Assembly (NCBI GenBank): GCA_963813715.1
Contig: CAWFAK010000005.1
Span: 736,001-800,000 of the forward strand
Direction: 5' to 3'
Origin: an uncultured Planctomycetaceae bacterium
GTDB lineage: Bacteria; Planctomycetota; Planctomycetia; Planctomycetales; Planctomycetaceae
Length of the DNA stretch: 64,000 nt
The stretch's first letter is position 1. Every line of letters starts with the position of its first letter. A model generated the notes under the pieces. It worked only from the letters and a program-made list of their open reading frames with translations, was not told the DNA's origin and ran no database searches. Below, piece after piece: positions 32,920-45,423 of the stretch. A program made the position numbers and the translations under genes.

Positions 32920-33440
32920 CCGGTGCTGGTGGGGATCTGTTTTTCCCTTATGTGAAAACGGATCCCCACCACCAGCAGACCGGACCGCGGGCACCGGCGA
33001 TCCAATTTCGGTCTTCACGGAGTCGCGGTCCCGCCGCGCTCGATCGAGCCTGAGAGGGCTGGGCGAAGGACCAAATTCGCCGGGATCGGCTCGATGAAAC
33101 AACGTGTCCCGTCCCGCTGAATCGGAAAGGCTTCCCTTTCACCCCAAGGCCCCAAGACGACTAAGTTCAGCGTCTTCACGCTGATCGGCCTTGCTTGGTG
33201 CCTTCTGTTGTCACTGCGCGCTCCAATTCGATCTCGTCCCGATGCGTGCTCCGAACCAATTCCGTCCCTTGTTTTCCCGGCCCAATACAACGTGTCCCGT
33301 CCCGTTGCGTCCCGTCCCGGCCTCCAGGCAAATCCCGGCCTAGCCGGGGATGCTTTTCTCCCGCTATGTGAAAAAGGATCCACCATCAGGGCCGGCGGGG
33401 ATCCTTTTTTCGTCCCCGCCGGGGATCTGATCCCCACCGG
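32920..33440. repeat. Nested repeat region: two copies of a ggggat...tatgtgaaaa.ggatcc hairpin motif enclosing two copies of acaacgtgtcccgtcccg
   Basis: Outer motifs at about 32931-32970 and 33345-33384; exact 18-bp direct repeats at 33099-33116 and 33287-33304. Confidence 0.8.
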
Positions 33441-33682
33441 CCAGGCAGTATCCGCTCCGCTCTGACGGGCGACAGTGTGCGAGGCGGTACCTCAACCCGG
33501 CTGCGAGCGCAACGCGATCGACTGGCGAAGAAAGTCGCTCTCTCCATTCAGCCATAGAATTGCGTTTCATCCAAGATCAGTTTCGCAGAATTTCGTCGCG
33601 GCTGGATTGCCCGCACACCGATATAATCGAGCCCGGCTGGCAACGATCCCACGACCGTTCGGCTTGCCTCCGGAGGTCCGCC

Positions 33683-34818
33683 GTGAAACTTCCCGCACTT
33701 CTTGCCGTTTTTAGTGTCCTCATGATGTCCGCCGCGCGTGCGGACGAGGCTTGGGTTTCGCTCTACAACGGCAAGGATCTCAAGAACTGGGTCAACGTCA
33801 ACTGCCGCCGGAAACGTGGACCGCGCAGGGCGAAGTGATCCATTGCACGGGCCATCCGACCGGTGCCCTCCGCACGCCGCGGCAGTATGAGAACTTCATC
33901 CTCGAGCTCGATTGGCGGTTCCTGAAGCCGGCGGGGAACTCGGGCGTCTTTATTTGGGGTTCGCCGATCGCCGCGCCGGGCGCACCCTTCCTCCGCGCAA
34001 TTGAAGTTCAGGTGCTCGACAACGCCTTCAACATCCCCGGCAAGAACGAGTGGTACACCACCCACGGCGACGTGTTTCCCATCTGGGGCGACACGATGAA
34101 ACCGATCCATAAAGGCAACGGCATGCGCTGCTTCCCGACCGAAGAACGCAGCAAGTCGTCCCCGGAGTGGAATCACTACCGCATTGTCGGCAACAACGGG
34201 ACGCTGCGGCTATCGGTCAACGGCAAGGAAGTCTCGGGCGGCGACGACGTCGTCTGGCGCAAAGGCTATCTGGCGCTCGAGAGCGAAGGCGCCGCGGTCG
34301 AGTTTCGCAACATTCGCATCCAGGAACTGCCCCCGACCGGTGCCACGGCCGAGAACTCGGCGCCGGTCGAGGAAGGCTGGAAATCGATCTACAACGGCCT
34401 CAATTTGCGCGGGTGGCGCGGCGGCCGCGCGCGGGAGGGCTGGTCGAGCAACGATTGGCGAATCGCGTGCAAAGGGGGGGCCAGGCCTCTGTTCACGTCG
34501 AGTTTTTATTCGAACTTCGAGTTGATCCTCGACGTGGGTCCCGGCGCAAATTCGTCGCCCTCCGCCGGCCCGCACGTCCTGTTGAGCGCCGCGAACGCGA
34601 AAACTTCGCTGGGGCTGGCCGCCCGACCCAAGGAGTGGACGCGCAATCGGATCGTCGTCGGTCGCCGGTCGGTTCAGCTCACGGCGATGGGGACTTCATC
34701 GACCGCGAACTCCGCGCTTCCCACTTCCGGCCCGTGGTCGATCGGCCTCGACGGCGGGGGAGCGGCGGTCGAATTCGGCAATATCTACGTGCGCAAACTG
34801 CAGGACGCGAATCGCTGA
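33683..34818 (+). CDS. Secreted DUF1080 (3-keto-disaccharide hydrolase) protein, two domains (indel near 33805)
   Basis: ggagg RBS and GTG start, signal peptide, SLYNGKDL, YENFILELDWR, GNSGVF, EVQVLD, WNHYRI, LESEG.VEFRNI. Confidence 0.88.
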
Positions 34819-34934
34819 CACGCCTCGGCGAGTCGCCGGCCTGACAACATGGTGCACCAGCGGCGCAAGTCTTTGAGAGCGAGGTTGGGCTGCACCGATC
34901 GACTAGGAAAAATCAGTTGCGGCCTTCGCTTTTC

Positions 34935-35009
34935 CCCAAGCCGACGACTTGTCGTCGGTCTCTTGCTGTTGGGCGAAATGAAGAACCGACGACAAGTCGT
35001 CGGCTTGGG
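34935..35009. repeat. Inverted REP-like doublet (perfect 25-bp inverted repeat; each arm is itself a hairpin)
   Basis: cccaagccgacgacttgtcgtcggt ... accgacgacaagtcgtcggcttggg between convergent genes. Confidence 0.9.
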
Positions 35010-35104
35010 AAGGTGTACATCGCTCAATCGTCCAAAGTCCAACGTTCAACCAACGTCGGCTGCCGGGTCGTGCTCTCGAATGTAAAATGTGGATAGCCGG
35101 GCGC

Positions 35105-36596
35105 TTACTTGAACGCCGACGCGACCTCGACCAGCGTCCGCGTCAGTGCGCCGGTGCCGCCGCCTTCGCGGTGCGCCTTCGATGAGGCAGCGAAGGCCGG
35201 GCCGGCGATGTCGAGGTGCACCCAGGGCCGCTTGTCGACGAATTTCTCCAGGAACTTGGCGGCCGTGATCGCCCCGCCCCAGCGCGTGCCCGTGTTCTTG
35301 ACGTCGGCCACGTCGCTCTTGAGTTGCTCGGCGTAGTGGTCAAACATCGGCAGTTGCCAGACCTCTTCGCCCGATCCGCTTGGCCGCGCTCAGCACGTCG
35401 TCGCACCAGGCCTGGTCGTTCGTGAAAGCTCCCGCCACGTCTTCGCCCAGCGCCACCACGCACGAGCCCGTGAGCGTCGCCAGGTCGATCAGCCGGTCGG
35501 CTCCTTCGTCGACCGCATACCGCAGCACATCGGAGAGGACGAGGCGGCCTTCGGCGTCCGTGTTGTTGACCTCGACCGTGATGCCGGCTCGCGAGCGAAG
35601 CACGTCGCCCAGCTTGTACGAGTTGCCGTTTACCATGTTTTCGACGAGGCCCATGTAGCCGGTGACGTTGACGGGCAGCTTGAGCCGGGCGACGGCGATC
35701 AGGGCGCCGAGCACGGTGGCGGCTCCCGCCATGTCGCACTTCATGGTGAGCATGTTGTCATTGGTCTTCAGCGACAGGCCCCCGCTGTCGAAGGTGACGC
35801 CCTTGCCGACGAAGGCGATCCGTCGGCTATCGTTCGGCGCGCCGTCGTACTCGAGGACGACAAGTCGCGGCGGACGGTCGCTCGCTTGGCCGACGGCCAG
35901 CATGCAGCCCATCCGTTCCTGCTTGAGCCAGTTCTCGTCGAAGACGCCGCAGCCCAGGCCAAAGTCCGCCGCCAACTCTTTCGCACGCTGGGCGAAGCTT
36001 TCCGGATACAAGTCGCCGGCCGGTTGGTTGACGAGCTCGCGGACCACGTTGACTGCCTCACCCAGGACATGTCCGCGATTTGCGGCCGCTGTGAGATCAG
36101 TGCTGTTCGCACCGGAGCCCACCACGAGCGACACGTCTCCGAACGGAAAACGAGACGCCTCGGTCTTGAACAACCCCTGACCGACGCCGCCAACTGTCGC
36201 GGCAAACGTCGCCGTTTGCGCGAGGTCGCTCGTCGAGAGTTTCGAGCCGCTGGGTGCTTCAAGGGCGATCGCCAACTCGCCGCACTTCTTTTCGGAGATG
36301 TGCCGGACCGCGGTTAATAGCGCACGCTCGTACCGCGGCAGGGTCAACTCCTCCGTCTTTCCCAACCCGACCAACAGCACGCGTTTGGCGGCCAGCGGGC
36401 TCGCATCGCGGACGGCGACCAGCTCGGCGAGCTTGCCGGTCAGATCGCCCAGCTCGCGAAGGCGGGTCAAGCGGCCTCCGAGGGCGTCGTCGAGGGACTT
36501 GAGGTTGCCCGCGAAATTGGGCGGTTCGGTCACGCCGACGATCAGCCAGTCGCCGCCGGTCGATTGCCAGGGAGTGGTGACAAGATGAGGGCTCAT
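35105..36596 (-). CDS. pepA: Leucyl aminopeptidase, M17 family (indel near 35375)
   Basis: VGKGVTFDSGGLSLK, MKCDMAGAA, NTDAEGRLVL, DLATLTG, WVHLDIAGP. Confidence 0.95.
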
Positions 36597-36832
36597 CGGC
36601 GATTCTCCAGTTCTGCGAAGTGACGGCGCAGTCGGCGTCGACCGCTGCGAGTCTGCGTTGGGCGCGGTTTGAATTTGGGGCCGGGCAACCTTATGATTTC
36701 AACGCGCCCCAGATTGCACAAGTTGTCGGTCGGCAACCGCTGTTTTCGCCCAGGTTGGCAGGCGATTCCGGCCGTTTTTGGACAGTCGGATCCGCCGCAT
36801 CCCAAATCTGAATAGCGTTTAAAAACCTCACC

Positions 36833-37192
36833 ATGCCCAGCGTCAAATTCGTCAACGAGAAGAAAACGATCGAGGTCCCCGAAGGCGCCAACTTGCGGAA
36901 AGAGGCCCTCAACGCGGGTATCGAGCTGTATCCGGGCGTGCACCGGATTTTCAACTGTCACGGGCTGCGGCAGTGTGCCAGTTGCCGCGTGATGATTAAA
37001 AAGGGCCAAGAAAACGTTAGCCCCCAGGGCCTGTTTGAAAAGCTACGGCTGATTGCCGGACCGATCACCTATTTCGCGCGGATCGGACACGAGAACGATT
37101 TGCGTCTGGCGTGCGCCACGAAGGTGTTGGGCGACATTGAAGTCGAAACCCAGCCGGGCGCGAACTGGCACGGGGAACGCTTCTGGGGCTAG
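36833..37192 (+). CDS. 2Fe-2S ferredoxin
   Basis: NCHGLRQCASC...RLAC cysteine pattern. Confidence 0.9.
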   Translation: MPSVKFVNEKKTIEVPEGANLRKEALNAGIELYPGVHRIFNCHGLRQCASCRVMIKKGQENVSPQGLFEKLRLIAGPITYFARIGHENDLRLACATKVLGDIEVETQPGANWHGERFWG

Positions 37193-37354
37193 CCGCTCGG
37201 CCGCCCGACGGGCTTGCTGCCACCTAGTCGTCGCAACAAACGGGGGCGGTTGCCGCTTGACCGCGGGCCTACAATTCTTCACTCGCCGATCCTTCGGCCA
37301 CTGAACGCCTCGGCACCGCCTTTTGCGCGTCTTCGCGCGGGAAACCAATCACGA

Positions 37355-38783
37355 ATGAGCGACCGACCCAAAACCCTCGGCCAACTGCGGGCCAGCGGCT
37401 ACAAACCGACCGAGGTCAAGCGCGAGATGCGCCGCAATCTGCTGGCCAAGCTCCGGAAGGGGGAGACGCTGTTCCCCGGGATTCTCGGCTACGACGAGAC
37501 GGTCATTCCGCAGGTGGTGAATGCCGTTTTGTCGGGGCACGACCTCTTGTTTCTCGGTCTTCGCGGCCAGGGAAAGACCCGCATGCTGCGGATGCTGGTC
37601 GATCTCTTGGACGACTACGGTGCCGATCGTCGCCGGCTCGGAGATCAACGACGATCCGCTGGCCCCGCTCTCCAAGTACGCCCGCGATCTGGTCGCCGAC
37701 AAAGGGGACGCCTGTCCCGTCGAATGGATCGGCCGCGATCGCCGCTATCAGGAAAAACTGGCGACTCCCGACGTCACCATTGCCGACCTGATCGGCGAGC
37801 TCGACCTGATCAAGCACGCCGAGGGACGCCACCTCTCGAGCGAAGACGTGATGCACTTCGGCCTGATCCCCCGCACCAACCGCGGCATCTTCTGCATGAA
37901 CGAGCTGCCCGACCTGAGCCCGAAGATTCAGGTCGGCCTGTTCAACGTGCTGGAAGAGCGGGACGTGCAAATCCGCGGCTTCACCGTGCGGCTGGCCCTC
38001 GACGTCTGCATGGTCTTCAGCGCCAATCCGGAGGACTACACCAACCGCGGCCGCATCGTCACGCCGCTCAAAGACCGCATCGGCTCGGTCGTGCGGACGC
38101 ACTATCCGCTCACCCGCGAGCTGGGCATCCAGATCACTGACGCGAATGCCTGGTCGGCCCGCGACGACGGTCCGCGGGTGGTCGTGCCGTTGTTCTTGAA
38201 GGAGATCGTCGAAGAGACGTCGCGGTTGGCGCGGAAGAGCCCGCACGTGAACCAGGCCTCGGGTGTCAGCGTGCGGATGTCGATCGCCAACTCAGAGAAC
38301 CTGGTCTCGAATGCCGAACGCCGGGCCCTCGCCTTGGGAGAGCCGGAGGCCGTGGCCCGCGTGAGCGATCTGGTCGGCCTGGCGGGCAGCTCACGCGGCA
38401 AGATCGAGCTGCAGATGACGGAGGAGACGGGCGAGGAGGACAAACTGTTGGGTCGCATCATCGAGGAAGCGGTCAAAACAGTTTTCGATCAGCACTTCGA
38501 CCCGAAGCAGTTTCGCAACATCGTCGAGTATTTCGAGTCGGGCAATACGATCGAAGTGGGTGACCGGGTGCCGGCTGCGCAGCTCCTCAAGCGAATCGAG
38601 GGCGTCCGCGAATTCCGCAAGCAGGTCGAACGGGCCGCCGGTGAGCTCGACTCGCAGCTCGCCGGAACGCCGCTGCGGCCGCAATTCGAGGCCAGTGTCG
38701 CCGAGTTCATCCTCGACGGGCTCTACACGCACAACCGCCTCAACAAGAAGCAGAAGAGCAGCGGAGCGACCTACGGCCAGTAA
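37355..38783 (+). CDS. Mg-chelatase subunit I-like AAA+ ATPase (indel near 37619)
   Basis: GLRGQGKT Walker [45 protein letters not shown]. Confidence 0.88.
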
Positions 38784-38796
38784 CACCATCAGGGAA

Positions 38797-38908
38797 TTCG
38801 GGTGCCACGGCTGAGACGCTTCGGCTCAGCCGTGCTCTTATCGGATCCTGATGACGGTTGGCGAACCGTGAAGAGCACGGTTGAGCAAGCTCAACCCTGG
38901 CACCCGAA
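38797..38908. repeat. Inverted REP-like doublet (gggtgccacgg-type palindromes)
   Basis: Left arm ttcgggtgc-cacggctgag..ctcagccgtg-ctctt; right arm is a near reverse complement; between convergent genes. Confidence 0.85.
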
Positions 38909-38917
38909 CTCCGCTCG

Positions 38918-39691
38918 TCAGAACTGTCCGCGGATTTTCTTGTTGAGCCGCCGCATGCCGTTCATCCAGCGGTCCGTGTCGTTGGCGCGGTAGACGTAGA
39001 ACTCTTTGACCTCCGGATGCGGCAGGACCATGAACCGCTCTTCGCGGATGGCCTTCACGCATTCCTCGGCCACGTGCTCGGGGCTGACCGCCGTCAGTTT
39101 GAGATAATTGACGTGCGGATTGTCGACGGTGAGCATGTTCGTCGTCACGCCCATCGGGCACAGGCACGAGACGCGAATGCCGGCCTCGTAATGCTGGATC
39201 GACAACCATTCCGCAAACGCTACCGCCGCGTGCTTGGTGACCGAATAGGGGGCCGACCCCATCTCGGTGAGCAGGCCGGCTGCTGAAGCCGTGTTGAGCA
39301 GGTAGCCGCGGCCACGCTCGATCATTCCGGGCAACACGGCGCGGGCCGCGTAAACGTGGGACATCACGTGGACGTCCCAGTTGAGTTGCCAATCGGCGTC
39401 CGGCGCCTCGGCCCCGCCCTTGGTTGCCAGACCGGCGTTCGAGACGAACAGGTCGATCGGGCCGAAGGCGGCTTCGGTGCGCCGCACCAGCTCGACGATC
39501 TGCGATTCGACCGCCACGTCGCAAGCGACGGCGAGCCCCTTCACCTCGGTCGCGACGGCTTGTGCGCCCGCTTCACTCAGATCGGCGACGACGATGCCGC
39601 GCGCCCCATCGGCAGCGAACCGCTGGCAGAGCGCCCGGCCGATGCCCGACGCGCCCCCCGTCACGACGGCCACGCATCCCTTCAGTTCCAT
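38918..39691 (-). CDS. Short-chain dehydrogenase/reductase
   Basis: VTGGASGIG, SNAG, YSVTKHA (YxxxK). Confidence 0.93.
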   Translation of the reverse strand: MELKGCVAVVTGGASGIGRALCQRFAADGARGIVVADLSEAGAQAVATEVKGLAVACDVAVESQIVELVRRTEAAFGPIDLFVSNAGLATKGGAEAPDADWQLNWDVHVMSHVYAARAVLPGMIERGRGYLLNTASAAGLLTEMGSAPYSVTKHAAVAFAEWLSIQHYEAGIRVSCLCPMGVTTNMLTVDNPHVNYLKLTAVSPEHVAEECVKAIREERFMVLPHPEVKEFYVYRANDTDRWMNGMRRLNKKIRGQF

Positions 39692-39749
39692 CTTTGGGAG
39701 ACTCCTTTGTGGACGAGATCGAGAATCCTAGTCCCGGCCTGCACGTCGC

Positions 39750-40607
39750 TCACGCTCCGCCCCGATAGCCGCCGGTGCCCGAGCCGCGGAAGTCGCGGGT
39801 TGATTCGGTGCTGGGGCTGCGGCCGACCAGGCTGCCCATTTCCTTGCCGTTACGCTGAAACCACTCGTACAGAATCGACACGTCCGAGCCGATGCAAAAG
39901 TGCTTCACGCCCATGTCGAGATATTCTTTGGCCTGCTCCGGGTGCCCGATCTCGGCCCGCGGATGCAGCCCCTTCTTGAGGGCCGTCTCGATCACGTAGC
40001 GCTCGGCCTCTTTCACCTTCGGATGTTTGAACTGTCCGGGCAGGCCGATGCTCATCGAATAGTCGGCAGGGCCGAACTGCACCATGTCGATGCCCTTCAC
40101 CGACAGTGCCGCGTCGAGATCCTCGACCAGCGACGCCTTCTCCACCATGATGGCGATCACCGTCTCGTCGAGTGCCTGAACGAAGGCCGGCGCACCCGCT
40201 TCGAGCACGAAGCCCACGTCCCGCCGCATGCCCACGCCGTGCAGGCCACGGCTGTGCGGCGATTCCGATCGCACCGCTTTCACGCAGGCTTCGACGTCGG
40301 CCACCGTCCGCGGGTCGGCAAACAGCACATTTTGAATCCCCGAGCCGATCGAGCGGATCGTGAGGTACGTCCGCGGCTCCTGCTCGATCTTCATCATCCC
40401 CGACATGTGATCGAAGAGGTCGACGGCCCGGCCGATGTTCTCGAGAGCATACAGGTCGTACGGCGCGTATTCGCCCACGAATTCGACGTAGTCGAACATC
40501 CGCGAATGGCCGACCAGCTCCACGATGGACGGCCAGGAAATGTGCAAATGGGTGCCGAGCGTCGGCTGCCCGGCGTTCAACAGCTCTCGAAGACGATTGC
40601 GACGCAT
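39750..40607 (-). CDS. HpcH/HpaI aldolase family protein (divergent)
   Basis: NRLRELL.AG...GT, IMVEK, GIDMVQFGPADYSMSIG. Confidence 0.85.
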   Translation of the reverse strand: MRRNRLRELLNAGQPTLGTHLHISWPSIVELVGHSRMFDYVEFVGEYAPYDLYALENIGRAVDLFDHMSGMMKIEQEPRTYLTIRSIGSGIQNVLFADPRTVADVEACVKAVRSESPHSRGLHGVGMRRDVGFVLEAGAPAFVQALDETVIAIMVEKASLVEDLDAALSVKGIDMVQFGPADYSMSIGLPGQFKHPKVKEAERYVIETALKKGLHPRAEIGHPEQAKEYLDMGVKHFCIGSDVSILYEWFQRNGKEMGSLVGRSPSTESTRDFRGSGTGGYRGGA

Positions 40608-40923
40608 ACGTTCTCTTTTTGATCCGGACCGGCGCCGCAGCGACAAAGGGCCGTTCGACGCCCGGGAAGCCTCATTGTGAGGCGGCCTCCCCAAGCACGC
40701 AACCGCCAGGAAGCCGTGCTGGCGGCTGTCCGGTAGAGGCCACCATCTTGTGAGGAGTCTGTCGGGCGTGCGAAGATGGTTTTTGGAGGACCAGCGAACC
40801 CGTAGTGAGTCTGGGCCGCCCGGACAGTATGTGCCGCTGAATGCCTTCGCTGATCCCAGCCAGCTTCCGCCCGATACTCGCCGCACGACGCACACCTTCG
40901 CCGCTCCCTGAGAAATCGATTCT

Positions 40924-43649
40924 ATGCGGATGCCCAAGCTCGCTCTTTGTTTTGCCTGCATTTTTGCCGACGCCGTTATTGGGACTGTGCCGACCGCGTT
41001 GCGCACCGCCGATGCGCCCCAGCCGCTGCCGGGGACGGCTCCGCTGTTGCTCGACCGTCCGCTCGACGTGGTGATGGTCGACGGAATCAACCGATTCGCG
41101 GAACGGGCTCTCGCCGAGTCGGTCGGGCAGCGGGCCCAGTTCTGGCATCGCGATTTTTCCAGCCCGCAGGCTTACGAAAAGAGCATCGCGCCGAATCGCG
41201 AGCGGCTGCGCGAAATCCTGGGCGTCGTGGATGAGCGGGTGAAGCCCGATGCGTTCGAGTTGATCACCACGACGGCCGCTCCCTCCAAGCTGGCAACCGG
41301 CGGCTCGTATTCCGTGCACGCGGTTCGTTGGCGTGTGTTGCCCGGAGTCACGGCGGAAGGCCTGCTGCTAGAGCCGGATGCTCCTCCTGTCGCGCGTGTG
41401 ATCGCCCTGCCCGACGCCGATTGGACGCCTGAGGCATTTGCCGGTTTGTCCGGAGGCGTTGCGATGGTTTCTCAGCTCCCCCGCCGTCTGGCCGAAGGCG
41501 GAGTGGAAGTCGTCGTGCCGACGCTGATCAATCGCGACGATACCTGGTCGGGCAATCCGGCCATTCATTTCACGAATCAGCCTCACCGTGAGTTCATTTA
41601 TCGCATGGCCTTCGAGTTGGGCCGACACATCATTGGCTACGAAGTCCAAAAGGTCCTGGCGGCCGTCGATCTGTTCGAGCAGATGAACAAGTCCGACGGG
41701 CGCAGGCGCAACCTGCCGATCGGCGTCGTCGGGGTCGGCGAGGGGGGGCTGCTCGCGCTGTACTCGGCGGCGCTCGACCCGCGAATCAAATCGACCTGGG
41801 TGAGCGGTTACTTCGGTCCGCGCGAGGCAATCTGGCGGGAGCCGATTTATCGCAACGTCTGGTCACTCTTGACCGAGTTCGGCGACGCGGAGGTCGCCTC
41901 GCTGGTGTTGCCGCGGTCGCTGACGATCGAGGCCGCTTCGATCCCGCAGATTCAAGGACCGCCCCCGCCACATCAGGGCCGCAGCGGCGCCGCCCCGGGA
42001 GAGATTCATACTGTCCCGATCGACGGCGCGAAGCATGAGTTCGCGCGTCTCTCAGAATTGGTGCCGTCAATATCTCGTCGGTCGTTCCTGACGGTCAGCA
42101 TCTGCGGGGGGTTGCCTGGCGATTATCCGGCACTGGCAAGCTTTTTCTTTGGTCTTAAGGTGGAGACTTCCCCGCAGAGCAGCACCGCGCTCCACGACCT
42201 CAGACCCTTGCCCAACGCCAGCGAGCGACAGCACCGGCAATTCGACGAGTTGGTCGATTTCACGCAACGAATCTTGGAAGACAGCGCCCATGTTCGCGAC
42301 CGGCTGTGGGAAGCGGCGGACGTCAAGAGCCTCGGAGTCTGGAACAACGAAGTGGAGCACTCTCGCGACTTCGTTTGGAAGACCCTCATTGGCAAGCTGC
42401 CCGAGCCGGCGATGCCGCCCAATGTGCGGACGCGCAAATCCTCGACGAGCCGGCGTTCACCGGCTACGAGGTGATGATCGACGTTTATCCCGACGTCGTT
42501 GCTGGTGGCATTCTCCTGCTGCCCAAGGGAATGCAGCCGTGGGAAAAGCGGCCCGTGGTCGTTTGCCAGCACGGTCTCGAAGGCGTGCCCATAGATACGA
42601 TCAGCAAGACGTCCGCCGGCTATCCCTATTACAAGGCCTTCACCGCGGAGCTGGCCCGGCGGGGCTTCATCACTTATGCGCCGCAGAACCCGTATCGCGG
42701 CGGCGACCGCTTCCGCGTGATCCAGCGGAAGAGTAACCCACTCGGCCGCTCGCTCTTCAGCTATATCATCCCGCAACACCAGCGAACGGTTGCCTGGCTG
42801 GCCACGCTGCCGAACGTCGACCCCGCGCGGATCGCGTTTTACGGCCTGTCGTACGGCGGCAAAACGGCCGTTCGCGTGCCGACCATGCTGCCGGAGTATT
42901 GCCTGTCGATCTGCTCGGGCGACTTCAACGAGTGGGTCCGCAAAAATGCGACCAACCGTGACAAGTACAGCTACGTCTTCACGCCCGAATACGAAATGTG
43001 CGAGTGGAACATGGGACATGTCGCCAACTACGCCGAGTTGGCCTATCTGATGGCCCCGCGCCCCTTCATGGTCGAACGGGGCCATAGCGACGGCGTTTCC
43101 ACCGACGAGTGGGTCGCCTGGGAATACTCCAAGGTCCGTCGCTTCTATGACCAACTGGGCCTGGGCGACCGCACTGAAATTGAATTCTTCAACGGACCTC
43201 ACACGATCCACGGCCAAGGCACGTTCAAGTTCCTCAGCAAACACCTCAATTGGGCGCTCGTCGAGCCTGCTCCCGACACACCGGAAACAGCGCCCTACAA
43301 CGCGTGCCTCCAGACCTCGGCCAGTCCGCGCGCAGACTGCTCCAGCGAAAATCGACTCACGACCTGCGCTCGCGCGGCGGCACCGAGTTGCTGGCAGCCC
43401 GTGATGTCGTTGGACAGTCGCACGATCTCGTCGGCCAGCTGCTGCGGCTCGTCCGGCGGGACGAGGACGGCCGATTCGCCGTCAACGAGCATTTCTTCCG
43501 TGCCGCCGACTCGCGTGGTGATGATGGGAGCGCCGGCAGCGGCCGCTTCGAGCAACACGCGACCGAACGGCTCCTGCCGCGCGCAATGGACGACGAGGTC
43601 CAGCTGGGGCAGCAGGCGCTCGATGTCAGAGCGGTACCCGAGCCGGTGA
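40924..43649 (+). CDS. Secreted tandem alpha/beta-hydrolase (dienelactone hydrolase-like), indel near 42435; true 3' end probably about 43260-43295
   Basis: First domain GVGEGG; second domain VVCQHGLEG, FYGLSYGGK, ERGHSD, FNGPHTI; the read-through to 43649 overlaps the GT4 gene. Confidence 0.8.
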
Positions 43650-44395
43650 AAGCGGTGCTTGAGCCCGGCCATCGCGAACTCGAAATTGAGGCCCTCGTCG
43701 TAGAGGGCGCTTTCGGTTTTTTCCGAATAGCGTTCACCGATCAGCAGGAAATGGGCCTTGGGCAGTCGCGGTCCGGCGAGAGCGGCTGCCTTGGCAAACA
43801 TGTCCTGGGCCTTGCGCAGGCAGATTTGACCGATGGTCGCCACCAGATACGCGTCCGACGGCAATTGCAGTTCATCTCTGAGCGAGGGATCGGCCGCATT
43901 GTGCACGAAGCGGCTCGCATCCACTCCGGAGTAAACGACCTGCGTGCGGGTCGCGTCGAGGCCCTGCGACTGGTGGAAGTCGCGGACGGCCTTCGAGACG
44001 GCGACGAGCCCGCGATTCCCATTGAGTTGCTCGACGGCCCGTCGCGACAGGCTGATGATGTCCCGCAGGTGGGCAGTCGTTGGCACGCCCAGATTGGGGG
44101 CCAACTGCCCGGTGAGCCGGCCCATCGACAGGCTGTTGCCGTGCACCAGGTCGGGCTTCACGCGGGCCGTCGCGGCGCGGATTTCGTCGAGCAGTGTCGG
44201 CGGGCTGCGGCGTTCGCCGTCGTCGTGGGCAGCAAACGATAGGACCGGAACGCCCAGCGCACTCAGCTCGGCGGACAGTGGTCCCACCGCCGGAGCCAGG
44301 GCCACGAATTCGAGGTCGCTCCCCACAAATTGAGGCAGGACGGCCAGCATCGAGCGCTCGCCGCCATTGAGAGTGCCGAACTCGAAGACCAGCAA
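43295..44395 (-). CDS. Glycosyltransferase family 4
   Basis: GGERSML, HLRD, VAVSKAV, KAQDMF, EPFGRVLLEAAAAG, GGTEEM. Confidence 0.92.
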   Translation of the reverse strand: MLVFEFGTLNGGERSMLAVLPQFVGSDLEFVALAPAVGPLSAELSALGVPVLSFAAHDDGERRSPPTLLDEIRAATARVKPDLVHGNSLSMGRLTGQLAPNLGVPTTAHLRDIISLSRRAVEQLNGNRGLVAVSKAVRDFHQSQGLDATRTQVVYSGVDASRFVHNAADPSLRDELQLPSDAYLVATIGQICLRKAQDMFAKAAALAGPRLPKAHFLLIGERYSEKTESALYDEGLNFEFAMAGLKHRFHRLGYRSDIERLLPQLDLVVHCARQEPFGRVLLEAAAAGAPIITTRVGGTEEMLVDGESAVLVPPDEPQQLADEIVRLSNDITGCQQLGAAARAQVVSRFSLEQSARGLAEVWRHAL

Positions 44396-44471
44396 GATCC
44401 GCGGGATTTGTTGCTCCTGCGCTCGATGATTCGCGGTGCCAGGTCCGGCGACGCCGCAGACTTGATAATGG

Positions 44472-45269
<798 letters not shown>

Positions 45270-45423
45270 CGCGTAATCCCAGGCACTGGGGCCGGCCGAG
45301 TCGAACGGACGGCCAGGGTGCGCTTACAATATCGATCGTCGAGATCGACGTCCAACGGCCTCCGAGCCCGGCCTCCGGGCTGCCCGCGTGTCCCTGTCGC
45401 TAACGGAAGTTCGCTTCCCTGCA

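Noticed and set aside
37355..38783. Chlorophyll/cobalamin chelatase pathway
   Set aside because: Only the ChlI-like AAA+ ATPase is present, with no tetrapyrrole genes in the window
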